Shown one piece after another: positions 1-10,790 of a stretch of 64,000 nt of DNA. Under the pieces are notes generated by a model that worked only from the letters and a program-made list of their open reading frames with translations, did not search any database and was not told the DNA's origin. How positions within the stretch are numbered: position 1 is the first letter of the stretch; every line of letters starts with the position of its first letter. Origin of the DNA: Lama glama (taxonomy: Eukaryota); contig CM052816.1 of assembly GCA_028534125.1 (NCBI GenBank), positions 100,070,001-100,134,000 of the forward strand, written 5' to 3'. The position numbers and the translations under genes were made by a program.

Positions 1-1570
1 AACATCTAAAATTTTTAAAACATGCATATTGAGTTAATTTTAAAGTTAAAGTAGAAGATAGAATTTGTAAACTTGAAAAGAATTCAGAATATAATGCTTG
101 GGCTCAGTTTTAGAGCTGAGAAAGAGTGGAAACAACAAAACAGAGAAATATGAGTGAAGATTTGAATGAAGGAACAAAACAGAAGCAATATTGAAAAGTA
201 GTCACCCAGAACTTTCCAGACGATAAAAGACACTGACTTACAGCTTGCAAAAACTTAGCAGACTCAAGGCGCAATGCAGAGAAAACTACAGTTAATCACG
301 TCATTGTCTGATTGTTTAAAACCAAAGATAGAAGGAAACATTAAAAGCGCTGGGGATGGGGCATCCGTTAACCTCGGGGGAAGGGGACAGTGACTGCCTG
401 AAAATATTGCTCAAAATTAAAGGGAAATAAAGACTTTTTTGACAAATAAAAGCTGAGAGCATTTATTTGCATCAGATTTCACACTATGGAAAATAGGAAA
501 GGAGCTTCTTTGGGAGCAAAGAATATGATTCAAGGAAAAAAGCAGAGAAGTGGGGCAAAGAAAGATCATTGAAAAAGAAGAATGTAACTGTAAAATATAT
601 TATCTATTTAAAACAAAAATAATAGCAATGTCTTAGGGGCATGTAACATATATGGAGATAAAATACATGACAGTAAATAAAAAAGCAGGGGTGTAGAGTC
701 GAGTCAGATTGCTCTTGGGTATTTCATTTCGGGGCTGTATAAAGGTGCTAACTTAAGGGAAGTGGTGATAGGTTAACTACCCATTTTTTAAAATTTTTGA
801 GATGACTACAGAGTGATAATAAACATGAAACAAAAAATCTAATAGAGCAGATAAAATAATATAGTATTTAATCAAAAGGAGCAAGTTTAGTAGTATATGT
901 AAAAATTGTAATTTTTAAGTAGCATTTGTCTTCAGACTATGAGGATGATTTGATATTAAAACATCTATCAACCTAATTTGCACAGATTAATATATTTAAA
1001 GAGAAAAAAACATGTAATCTCATTAGAGGTAAAATTATATAAAATTCAATACTCATTCAAGAAAAAGTCTTGGAGAACCAGGAAGACATCGCTATTGCAA
1101 TAAAGTCACCCACCAGAGACTGCATACTCCTTAATAATGGGAGATTAGAAGCATTTTTATTAAATTAGGAAGAAATCAAGATTGTCCACATCACCTCCTT
1201 CTATTTAACATTTTTTAAAACCCCCAATTCAGAGACATTATATGTCAAAAAAGAAAAAGAAATACAATGAGTAGGCATTAGTAAGGATGAGACACTATTT
1301 TCCTTGTTTGTAGAAGGCATGATTATCTATACTGAATATTCCAGAAAATCAGCAAACTCTTGGGCACCATGAAACAATTCATTAGAATTTCAGGATAAAG
1401 AACAATATAATAACAGCAACCACAACAGGGTAGCCACACCCACTGCCTCCAACCACACACGCAAGTCCGCAAAGGTGCACCTTCTACAACAGCAACAAAA
1501 ACTCTAGGAATAAATCTAGGAAAATATGACTAAGCACTTTCTGGGAGAAGGTGACATTTGTTGAAGCTTT
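1..1570 (+). mobile_element. Ancient, highly decayed LINE-1 (L1M-type): ORF1-like remnant followed by ORF2 reverse-transcriptase remnant
   Basis: A-rich plus strand. About 200-520 resembles L1 ORF1 (gaaaactttccaga..., aaaccaaagataga..., gaaataaagactttttt...aagctgagagcattt). About 960-1530 resembles ORF2 RT (aaaattcaatactcattc; tttgtagaaggcatgattatctat at the F/YADDM-equivalent position; ctctaggaataaatcta). No intact reading frame. Confidence 0.75.
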
Positions 1571-2714
1571 TATATATAACCTACTCAGAAGTCCCTCACC
1601 TCAAGCGTGTGAGCTCTGTGTGAAGGCACGCTACTGGAGACGCCACTGACAGAGAACGCGATGCCAAGCGAGGAGAGGTCTCTGCTGTTTGCGACGCAGG
1701 GGGACGAGGCGGCGGGTCCGCAGTCTGGGCCACGTGTCGGCTCGCTCTCTGTTCCTGTGAAACCCAGGTCTCTTTCTGTCTCAGGTTTCTCGTCTCGAAA
1801 TGGTGGTGCCTTCACCAGTGGGAGCACAGCACAGTCACACACAGAGCACACTGGCTCTGACACGGGCCCCACAGGACGTTCCAGAGATGTGAGCTGCTCG
1901 CTCCCCGCCAGGCCCAGATTTGCTGTCAGTCCCAGCCAGGTTTTCCACCTTGACACTGAAGGCTCTAAACTTCAGCCGGAACATAGCAACAAGCATCAAT
2001 AAGAAAATGCTTCAAAATAAGAGTGACAGGTGGGTCTCTGTCGTTCACGATATGAGATGACCTTGTCCACTGACCAGGACTCACCCTCGGGCTGATGATC
2101 AGGAGAATAGAATGACGCTCCCCTCCTCTGGTTCTGGACTTGCTTTTTGGCCAAAAATGCAAGAAACAGAAAAAAATGAGGAGGGAAGCATCTTTCGGAA
2201 AATAATTTTTCAAAATGAGTATTTGAAAAAAATGACAGAAACCCAAATTATACCCTTTGAAAAATACTCTTCTAGTAGATTAAAGAAATACTGTGCAGAA
2301 TGAAAACAATTTTTTTCTCTCTCTGACCTGAGAAATGAGACATTTTAAGCACACTAGGCACAGGAAAATCTCCATTGCAATGGAAGTTTATGACATTAAA
2401 AACATCCTAAATGGAGAAAAAAATCCATTTTTTCAAGTGGATCTGTAATCTATGTGTTGGGTAATTCTTAAAGCACAATTTCTACCAAAAAAATTCAATG
2501 AAAAAAAAAGACAAGTTTGAAAATACAAGGTAAGAAACAAAGATACCCAGTAAAGTTAGGAAATGATTTTCCAACATCACTGCATCCAGACAAGATGCAC
2601 GTTAAAGCTTTGCCTGGTCCCTCAGGATCCAGCGGGCAGTGCTGAGTCTTGTCCCAGATGCTCTGGGCCACTTCTCAGTTTCAGCACAATTTTAAATTTG
2701 GCACACATTTTCTG

Positions 2715-2900
2715 TAGAGCATTTTGCCAGTGTATAGTAAGAGTTTTAGCACAGCCGCAATTTCAGCCCAGTAATTCCACTGAAGGACTGTCTCTAGGAA
2801 AAGACTCAGGGATACAGCCAGCAGTCTCAGCTGAGCTCATGGTCTCAGCTTTGTTTGTAGGAGTGGAAAAGCACCTATTTAAGTGTCTAGGACAGAGAAA
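2715..2900 (+). mobile_element. Old L1 (L1ME-like) ORF2 3' fragment
   Basis: cccagtaattccactgaagga...tctagg and cagctttgtttgtaggagtggaaaa resemble the L1 ORF2 C-terminal motifs ccagcaattccacttctagga and cagcattgtttgtaatagc. Highly diverged. Confidence 0.4.
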
Positions 2901-3786
2901 CTCAGACATAGGAGAGTGTATCAGAGGACAGTAGGTGCTCATCCCGACTGCTCAAGAGACGCACATGCATCGCAAAGAGTAAGAAGGCCCTCAGTCATCA
3001 CTAAAGAGCCGTGACTTGTTCTGTAACTCAGGGCCTGGGCTGTGGCTCACTTCAGCTGGGCAATTATCGAGCTGACCCTTGCAATTCCCAAAGGACTATC
3101 ACTTCCTTTCTAAGATCTGACCTTTGCCTGTCTTTCCTCGGAGCAATTTCCCACCCCTAGGAAGTTGTGGTGGAGGCTGTGTCTGAGGAGTGCCCTGCAC
3201 ACCTGAGGCAGGAGGGACAAGGCTGTTAGTTAGGGAGTTAGATTAGGCCCTAGGGCTCCTGCCTGCTGGTGAGCAGGAGCTGCGGCCACCACGGTCCTGA
3301 GAGCCCGTGAGAGCCCCTGAGAAAGCAAAATAAAGAGATGCACAGTGGCTGAGCCAGGGCGCTGCACTCAGCTAACCAAAGGAAATTGTCCCATACTTTG
3401 CAGCACAATGAAATGTGACTGTGACAGATCTGTCTCTCTATTTTAAACAACAATACACAAATAAAGCAGAAAAAACTTCCAGGGGCATCGTGAGGTGGTC
3501 ACATAGATGCATGGAAATAGGCATAAAAAACACGCATGCTCTGTAGAGGTGCACAGGAAGGGCAGATGGATGGAGAATCATCCTCAAATGAAGGGATTCG
3601 AGGCCTCAGATAAATGAGAGGGATGAGCAGGTGTCTGTTTATGCCTCAAATAACAAGGCATTAAACATGCTGATTTGCCTTTTTATGTCAATCTTTTTTG
3701 TCCTTTTACTCTTTGCTCATAATACTGCTTCACAGTGAGCTCTGTCAAGAGAGGAGACCCAGAAGGTCAAGATCTCAGCAGCTTAA

Positions 3787-3932
3787 CTGCATTCTCAAAC
3801 TGCATAAAAATAACTAGGAACTTATTAAAATGCAGGTTCTGAGGCCCCAGATCTGACTGATTAACTCAGAATCTCTGGATGTGGGATGTGAGAATCAGGA
3901 TTTTTATCATGGTTCCTGGTTGAGAAACACTG
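3787..3932. mobile_element. MER5A-like hAT-Charlie non-autonomous DNA transposon
   Basis: TIR-like ends (ttctcaaac at left, ttgagaaacactg at right) and typical internal ttaaaatgcaggttctgaggcccc...actcagaatctctgg. Confidence 0.75.
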
Positions 3933-4109
3933 ATATGAACAGATCATATCCCACTTGGACTGATTTGCTTATGAGAAATGATAGTAATTCAAAACTTTGC
4001 AAAATGTATGTAGCCATTTATTGAATTTATTTTAAGATTATTTGCAAAAACTGGATAATTAAATAATATTGAAGTAATCATCCAAAATCTCTGGGCTGTT
4101 GGAAGGAAT

Positions 4110-4180
4110 CAGTAAAGTTGTATGTGTAGGTGAAGTGCCTAGAATGCTGTCTGGTGCCAAATAAATCCTCAGTAAATGGC
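4110..4180 (+). mobile_element. MIR/L2 shared 3' tail fragment
   Basis: gtgaagtgcctagaatgctgtctggtgccaaataaatcctcagtaaatg matches the MIR/L2 3' end (aagcgcttagaacagtgcctggcacatagtaagcgctcaataaatg). Confidence 0.5.
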
Positions 4181-4349
4181 TCAAAACTTAACGTTAAGGG
4201 GAAAGTTATGATGTAACAGCAAGAATATAAACACTGAAATTAGATGCATATGTGTGCAGTTACAAGAGGAGTGCGTGTGCTTTACATCACTTGCATAGGG
4301 CAGTCAGTTTGGCAATGCCATTGTCATTATTGCCACAGTTATGTTATAA

Positions 4350-4960
4350 TTCTTCCCTTCAATTCCCTCTGCAACAATCCAATTTAAAGTCTTACCATCT
4401 CTCTCTTGGTCCCTTGCCATGACCTCATTTGCCCCGACCTGCCTCCTATTCCTTTCTAGGCTTTGGAGTTCTACACATGCTTAACTAAGGGGTTTGTGCA
4501 AAATGCTAAGCTAACCTAAACTCTCCCTATGGCATTTGTCATAATCCTCATTTGTTCTGACACTTCATCTTTGTATCGAGGATGAAGACTGATCATTGCA
4601 GTAAAAAATATGGACTTACCTACCTCTTTGAATATTTACACACCTGATCTTCAGCTTCAGCTACTTGTCCTCTGACAGTGCAGTCTTGCAGCTGCAAGTT
4701 TGGATCAGATAACCTTGACTTCCAAAATAAAGGCCCCCTTTCTTTCCAAGACCACCTCATTCTTCAAGGTCTTCCTCAGCTTGACTTTCCTCTGAAGCTG
4801 TCCCAGGATCAAACCATCCTTGCCTTCTCCTTTTATTGGCCATCAATCTGTAATGGATCTGCATGACAGATATTTAATTTTTTTAAGTAAACTACCCTCT
4901 TTTTCATTGCTTTCCTGTTTCCTTTTACAACTGTCCCCTATCTGTGATAACAGGGCCTGT

Positions 4961-5010
<50 letters not shown>

Positions 5011-5070
5011 TTTTCTATGTTATCTGTACCAGAACTTGACACATGGGAGCTGCTTAACAGATACTAATGT
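4350..5070 (+). mobile_element. Highly diverged L2 LINE 3' region
   Basis: Pyrimidine-rich plus strand with loose matches to L2 motifs (cttcaaggtct...ttcctctgaagctgtccc; acagggcctgtctc; gaacttgacacatgggagctgcttaacagata). Confidence 0.45.
4964..5007. repeat. Poly(T) tract, 44 nt
   Basis: Uninterrupted T run read directly. Confidence 0.95.
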
Positions 5071-5109
5071 TTACAACAATTCATTTTGTTCCAGGAACTA
5101 AGACTCACA

Positions 5110-5270
5110 CCAAATTTATGAGCTGGGTGCTATTATTATTCCAAATTTACAGACAAGGAAACTGAGGTACAGAAAACTTAGGTAACCTGCCCAAAGTCTC
5201 AACATAATGAAACAGTGAAATTGAGACCCCAAGCTGGGAGTCTGACTATCCAGCCTGGTATTTAACCTCC
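5110..5270 (-). mobile_element. MIR SINE
   Basis: tattattattccaaatttacagacaaggaaactgaggtacagaaaacttaggtaacctgcccaaagtc is the reverse complement of the MIR core. Confidence 0.85.
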
Positions 5271-6589
5271 TTATGTTCATCGAATCATCAATCATCTTGT
5301 TTTGATCTATGAAAAAACTAATTCATGAGTGTGTCCTATGTGCATCTAATCCTGTTCTTGCTGTGAGGAGAGCACATGAGGGCCCCAGCCTCAGGAAAGC
5401 ATGAACTTGGAGGTTTTCCAGTAATAATGACCTGCCATGGCCCTGCTCCCTGGTGACCCATAGCATGTCTCTCATGCCTGGCTAGTGGACACTGAAGTAG
5501 AATGAAGCACCAGGACAAAATGTGGGTCCTGGGTCCCACGTGCACAGTTTGCCTGTGTAGGAAGAAATGACATCCAACCCTCTATTGTCACTAGAGAAAG
5601 TACTGGAAGTCACAGGAACGTCTTATGAATGGAATTTAAAGGGCTTGGGTCCCACAGGCACACTTAGACTCAACAAGACAAACCATCCCTGATGCCTTGT
5701 CCTCCTGTGCTCTGCGTTACAGATGCCTGGTGGTATCCTTGGCAACCAAACCAAACTGCTCCTGCACTGTGCCCCTTTCTGCCGAGAATCAGGAACTTGG
5801 GCCTTACAGTCCCCTCCACTCCCCGAGAGGACTCTGAGGAGTCAGGGAAGCAGTCTCCCAAATGACCCACTCATTAAGATATTTTAACATTTCCTGTGGA
5901 TGGATAGTGGATCCCTGAGCTAGCTTGGCCTGAAAGCCGAGACCCAGGGGCCACGTGGAGCTGGGTGGTGCTGGTGGGACAAATGGCAGATTATGTTTCA
6001 ATTGGATACTGAAGATTCACTGTAACTCACCAGAAGGTAAATTACCTGGTAGCCTAGGCTCATCCTGTAGCTACACTGAGGTGTCATCATTTAAAAACAA
6101 TCCCCAAGTGTCAACCATCTCTGGTGGCATCACTGCTGCAGAGATACTTAGATGTACGTCACTACTTGTTCCTGTGGACCCCGTTTGTCTAGACTTTAAG
6201 CTGTACCCGTGTGAAGTCTTTTAGATACTTGTGCTTGTCTGCTGGATGGAGGTGGGTTGCCTCCAATGCCTTTGAACTCTTCTGCCATCTGACCTCAGTT
6301 CTACTTTTTAGCTCTATCTCTGGCTGTGCCCTTCACCAACCCTATGGTTCAGCCAGAATGAATGAGGCCTCCAGTGTTGTTGTATTGAAATGGCAGACTC
6401 TCTCCCTGCCTGGAGACGACCCATCCCAACTTGCATCCCTAAAAATACTTCAAAGAGCAACTCAAAAGCTGCCATCTTTACAAAGGCTGACACCTCCCTG
6501 GCTCCCAAGGGAATGTGTCCCCTTTCTGAATGACCACCTCCCTTCACTCATCATTCTCAGGACAAGAGGCAGCTCCTGAGGTGAAGGGA

Positions 6590-6750
6590 AGGACTCCGGA
6601 GCCAGGCAGTGTGGTTTGCATCCAGCTGCGCACTTCCTACCTGGTCTCATCGCGGACCCACTACCTCTCCTGAGCTTCCTCCACGTAGGATGGAGGTCCT
6701 AATAGCCTCCCTCACAGTGTTACAAGGCGTCTAAGCACTTAGGACAGACT
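6590..6750 (+). mobile_element. MIR SINE (diverged)
   Basis: ggactccggagccaggcagtgtggtttgcatccagctgcgcacttcctac...taatagcctccctcacag...taagcacttaggacag follows the MIR consensus order. Confidence 0.6.
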
Positions 6751-7999
6751 GTGAAGGTGAGAAGGCAAAGCCTGCTTGTCACTGTTACAAGGCTCTTTTC
6801 TCACCTTCCTCCTGCACACACACACATGCACGCATTCCCATCAGTCCGCAGAGGTCTGAAGTTTCTAGAAGTTTCTTACCCATATATCACCATGATGTCT
6901 CGTGGGATGCCTTGAAAATGGTGGTAAATAAATATGTAAAAATATGTATTGTTTCTATGAGGATATAATCTTTCTACAAGAAATCACCTGGTCTAAATTT
7001 AGATAGATGACGTCTGAATGACACTGAGACGGTCATCACCAAAACGATCCTCCCACGTCATACCCCACCATGTAAGAGTCTCTTTGTTTAGAATATTTTG
7101 TTATTTTGGTTTTGGACATCAATCAGGACTTTTTGAGCCTGCAAAGAACAGAACACTGTGTGTGGTAAAATGTACAGGTATAAAATTGAGACAAATTTAT
7201 CCTTCTAAACATTGCATTTGTTTCCATAATTTAGGTAAATGCTATAGCAAATAGTTAACTAGGCTGGTTTCAATAAAGATCACAAAATTTACCTCCCTTT
7301 ACAGTACTAATTGAGTTGATTTTTTTCATTTACTAATCCTATTTTAAAACAAAGCACAGTATGTTTGGGCTTTGCCTTTCAATTTTTCTTGGTCTTTACT
7401 AGGTGATAAATGCACGTTAGTAATAACATTAGGTAAAAAATAAAAAACAAGACAAAATTATTCTAATCAGGGAGATACATGATGCTCTGTAGATGGGTGG
7501 ATTTTTTAAAATATGCTTTCAAAAATAAATTCAGAAAATCTTAATTACTATGAATATCTTAGTCAGAACTTATTTTTAAAAATATAGCATAATAAAAGCA
7601 AATCTGAAAATAAACAAGTATATAAAAATACTGTAATAACCTTTTCCATTAAATAGATAATCACATTTTCACTTCCATATTCTAATTTTGATGTTTTTCT
7701 TAAGGGTATGTGATTAAGAATATTTATATGTTCAGATGTCTGATTGTAAGTTTCTGGATAATTTAAAAACAGATTGTTAGAACTATAAGTTTCCAAAAGA
7801 ACAGTAAAACACACAAATGCTGTCTGGGGTTCTCTACCTTAAAAGCCCTTTACCTATAGTTTTAGGTTATTTCCAAAATATTTGGCAAGATGAAAAATCG
7901 TCACCATTTCTGACAGCATAGAGTTTATTTTTGATTTTATAATTATTATTTACCACACACAACTTAGATCAGGTAAACACAAAGAAAAAAACACATAGT

Positions 8000-9300
8000 A
8001 ATTAATTTTCCCAAGCAGCCTCCTGGCTAGAACCAGGGCAGGCAAAGCGCCAGTTAACAGAGAACCTTCAACAACCTACAGAACAAATGTATTTGAAATA
8101 CAAAAGCGGCTCCTCTCTCTATTCAAATGGCCATCAGTGGTGCTGGCACCTGGGCCGAAACACCCTGGGTCAGTTACTCTTGCCCGGAATTAACTCAGAC
8201 GGGGAACCACCAGCCCCGCTAATTCCTCTAATTGAATGTTGTTTAATCACGTCATTTCCCTGACTAGAATTCTTAAACTTATTTTTTCCTTTCTGTTTCT
8301 AACTTGTTTGCCCTCACTAATTAAAGAAATACACCATGTTTGAAAACAAACAAAAAATAATTGGATATGCTGGTAAGAAAATTGCCCGAGAGATCACGCC
8401 AGAAACGTGCAGCTGATTCAAAACAAGCCGCCCGCCTCCCCCTTTTTCTTTTTCTTTCTTCTTCTTCTTCTTCTTCTTCTTTTTTTTTTTTTTGGTTTCA
8501 ATAGCTATTTTAAGTTGCATGCTGAGTCGGCAGAACTTGGCAGAGCGGCTAAGAAAGGCGTCCGCCCGGCCCTCTGAGATGCCGGGCAGGCTCAGAACCG
8601 CCAGCTTCTCCGGGCTTCTGCAGACGCTGATCTAAGGGGAGCCCTGTCAGTTAAGACTCAGCTTCCATTCTCCGCCGTCTGCAGTTAGCAGCGGAGAAAG
8701 TTTAATTCTGAACTGTGAAAAGATTCAATAAGTCACCACAAATCACCCCGACTAAAGCCCAAACTGAGTAATTTACACAGCACTTTGTGATCTTCAAATA
8801 CTTTGCAGTGGGCAATTATTCATGCCCGCCATGGGGCCGCTGGGTCCAGGCTCCCTGTTTGTTCTAAGGCCGAGGAGAGGTGTTTGAAAACTGCCAGAGA
8901 CGACCAGGGGCCCAGAGATCACGGCTAATGTGACACCCCCAGGCCTAATCTTCTTAGAGCACTGGGATAAAATAAGTGTCCATTACAAAATCGGCCTTCA
9001 TCCTGGCCCCTTCTGCGCCCGGCCACTCCGGTAGCCAGCGCGGAGACAATTGCGCGATTCTAGACTTAATCAGGTATTAGGCGCTGAGGCAGAGGCAAGG
9101 GGACTAATCTCCATATTTAGTCCATCTGTACTTGTGGACCTGACTTGCCTGCCCCGATAGATCAAAAGGAATTGGCAAAAATCAGATTAAGCCTGGAGAA
9201 AGGGGGGAGGTTCCAGCATGTAACAGCCACATTTTTTCTCCCTGCCCTGGATGTGTGCACGTTTACTAAGACCATGCGCTTAATCCCGTGAGCTTGCAAT
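8000..9300. promoter_or_regulatory. Candidate conserved non-coding element / developmental enhancer cluster
   Basis: Non-repetitive sequence dense in TAAT cores. TAATC(C/T/A) sites at 8946, 9067, 9105, 9184 (reverse) and 9281; SOX-like ACAAT at 9046; POU-like ATGAATAATT (reverse) at 8814-8823. Conservation not tested. Confidence 0.5.
8443..8493. repeat. (TTC)n microsatellite merging into poly(T)
   Basis: Read directly: ttctttcttcttcttcttcttcttcttctttttttttttttt. Confidence 0.9.
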
Positions 9301-10269
9301 GCATTGTGCTCCTTTTTCTTCTTTCCACCTTCTTTCAACCAAAAAAAAAAAAAAAGCCATTCAAGTGAAATATTGTATGAGTTATAAAAACACGAGCTAT
9401 GCCCATCACGGCTGGTGGAGCTGCACCCAGTTACGGAAGTTGAGCGATCTGGTGAGGGGGCTCAGGCGTCCGCCCCGGAAGGGGCTCAGGCCTGGTGCTT
9501 TCCGGGACGGAGACACACGGCCGAGCAGTGTGAAGCCGGTGGAAGAGAAGACGCTAATTATGAACACCGGCTGCCCCGGAGTCAGGCCGGCGGTGGGGCA
9601 GGTGTAAGCGCAGCTCGGCGACATCTGATCTCCTGGCGCCGCAGCCTCGCTGCAGAGCCCTGAGATGGAGTGCGGGCAACATATGGGGCTCACCAATTAA
9701 ATCAGCTCTTGTTTCCCCCTTTAAAACGTGCCGCCACATTAGACACAAGGAGGTTATTTTCTCCCTGCTCCCACGTGTGCTTCTGTCAGCAGCAGCATCT
9801 CTCCTCTGTGGTCCTCGCCACTGCATCGACACACAGGCACTTCCAACCCGGACGCGGAGACAGATGGGGCAGCAGAGGAGGGGGCATGGATTCACACTCC
9901 CGCCGCTGTCGGCCGTCACCTGCTGCTTGTAAACAGTGACATGTGGCCACCAGCCGTGTCCTTCAAGCGCCGATAAGTTAAACGTGCAGCAGGCAACCTT
10001 GAGGTGGTCCCCACCTGGTGATGGACACAGCACACAGGGCTCAGCCCGTCCCAGGCAGGGATGGAGAGAACTTGCTGCGAGGAAGGAAGCTTCGTCAAAG
10101 GAGCATGGGCTCCTTTCCTGGAAGGAGGAGCAAGTCCCTTCCTTTTCGGCTTCTCGTGAACCCCCACCCGGTGCCAGAAGTGAGCCGCGTGGCCACTGGG
10201 GCTGGCAGTCGAGCACACCTCATTAGCGTGGATTAAGTCATGATGCTGAGAAGGATAAAAGGTGAAAGC

Positions 10270-10790
10270 AGAGCACGGGGACGGCGGCCGCGGCAGCGCC
10301 GGGTGTCACCTGTGGCCGCCACTGTCATCACTGGCGCCCGGATGGTTCACACTGTTCAGCCTCCTGCGGGAGCCGCCGATCACTGCAGAGGCTGGGGCTG
10401 GAGCGCGTGTCGGGGGCCTCCCTGCCCTCGTCTCCGCCTCTGATGCTCGAATCCAGCATGTGTTCAAAGGCAAAGGCCCGGCGCCTGCAGATCTCCCCCC
10501 GGGCCCCGGGAGAGGTGATGCCTTTAGAAAGGGACAAATAAGAAACACACCCGCGCCGGCGGGCGGCGATGCAATTAGCCGCCGCTGTTCGTGCGCGGCT
10601 CGGTCTCCGGTGTTCCGCACCGCGTCGCACAGGCGAGTACCGGCCTTTGATTCTGCCTCACAAGACTTTTAAAAGCACGACCCCAGCCGGGCTCCGTGTC
10701 CCCTGGCGTCCCGCCGCCGCCCCCGCGCCTGTGCCGCAGGTGCCGCTGCGTCCACTCGGGCCGCAGCGGCGTTTCTCCCTGACGCGCTGC
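10270..10790. promoter_or_regulatory. CpG-island-like segment
   Basis: Very high GC and CpG density (cgcgccggcgggcggcg, ccgccgccgcccccgcgcc). No associated exon recognised. Confidence 0.35.
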
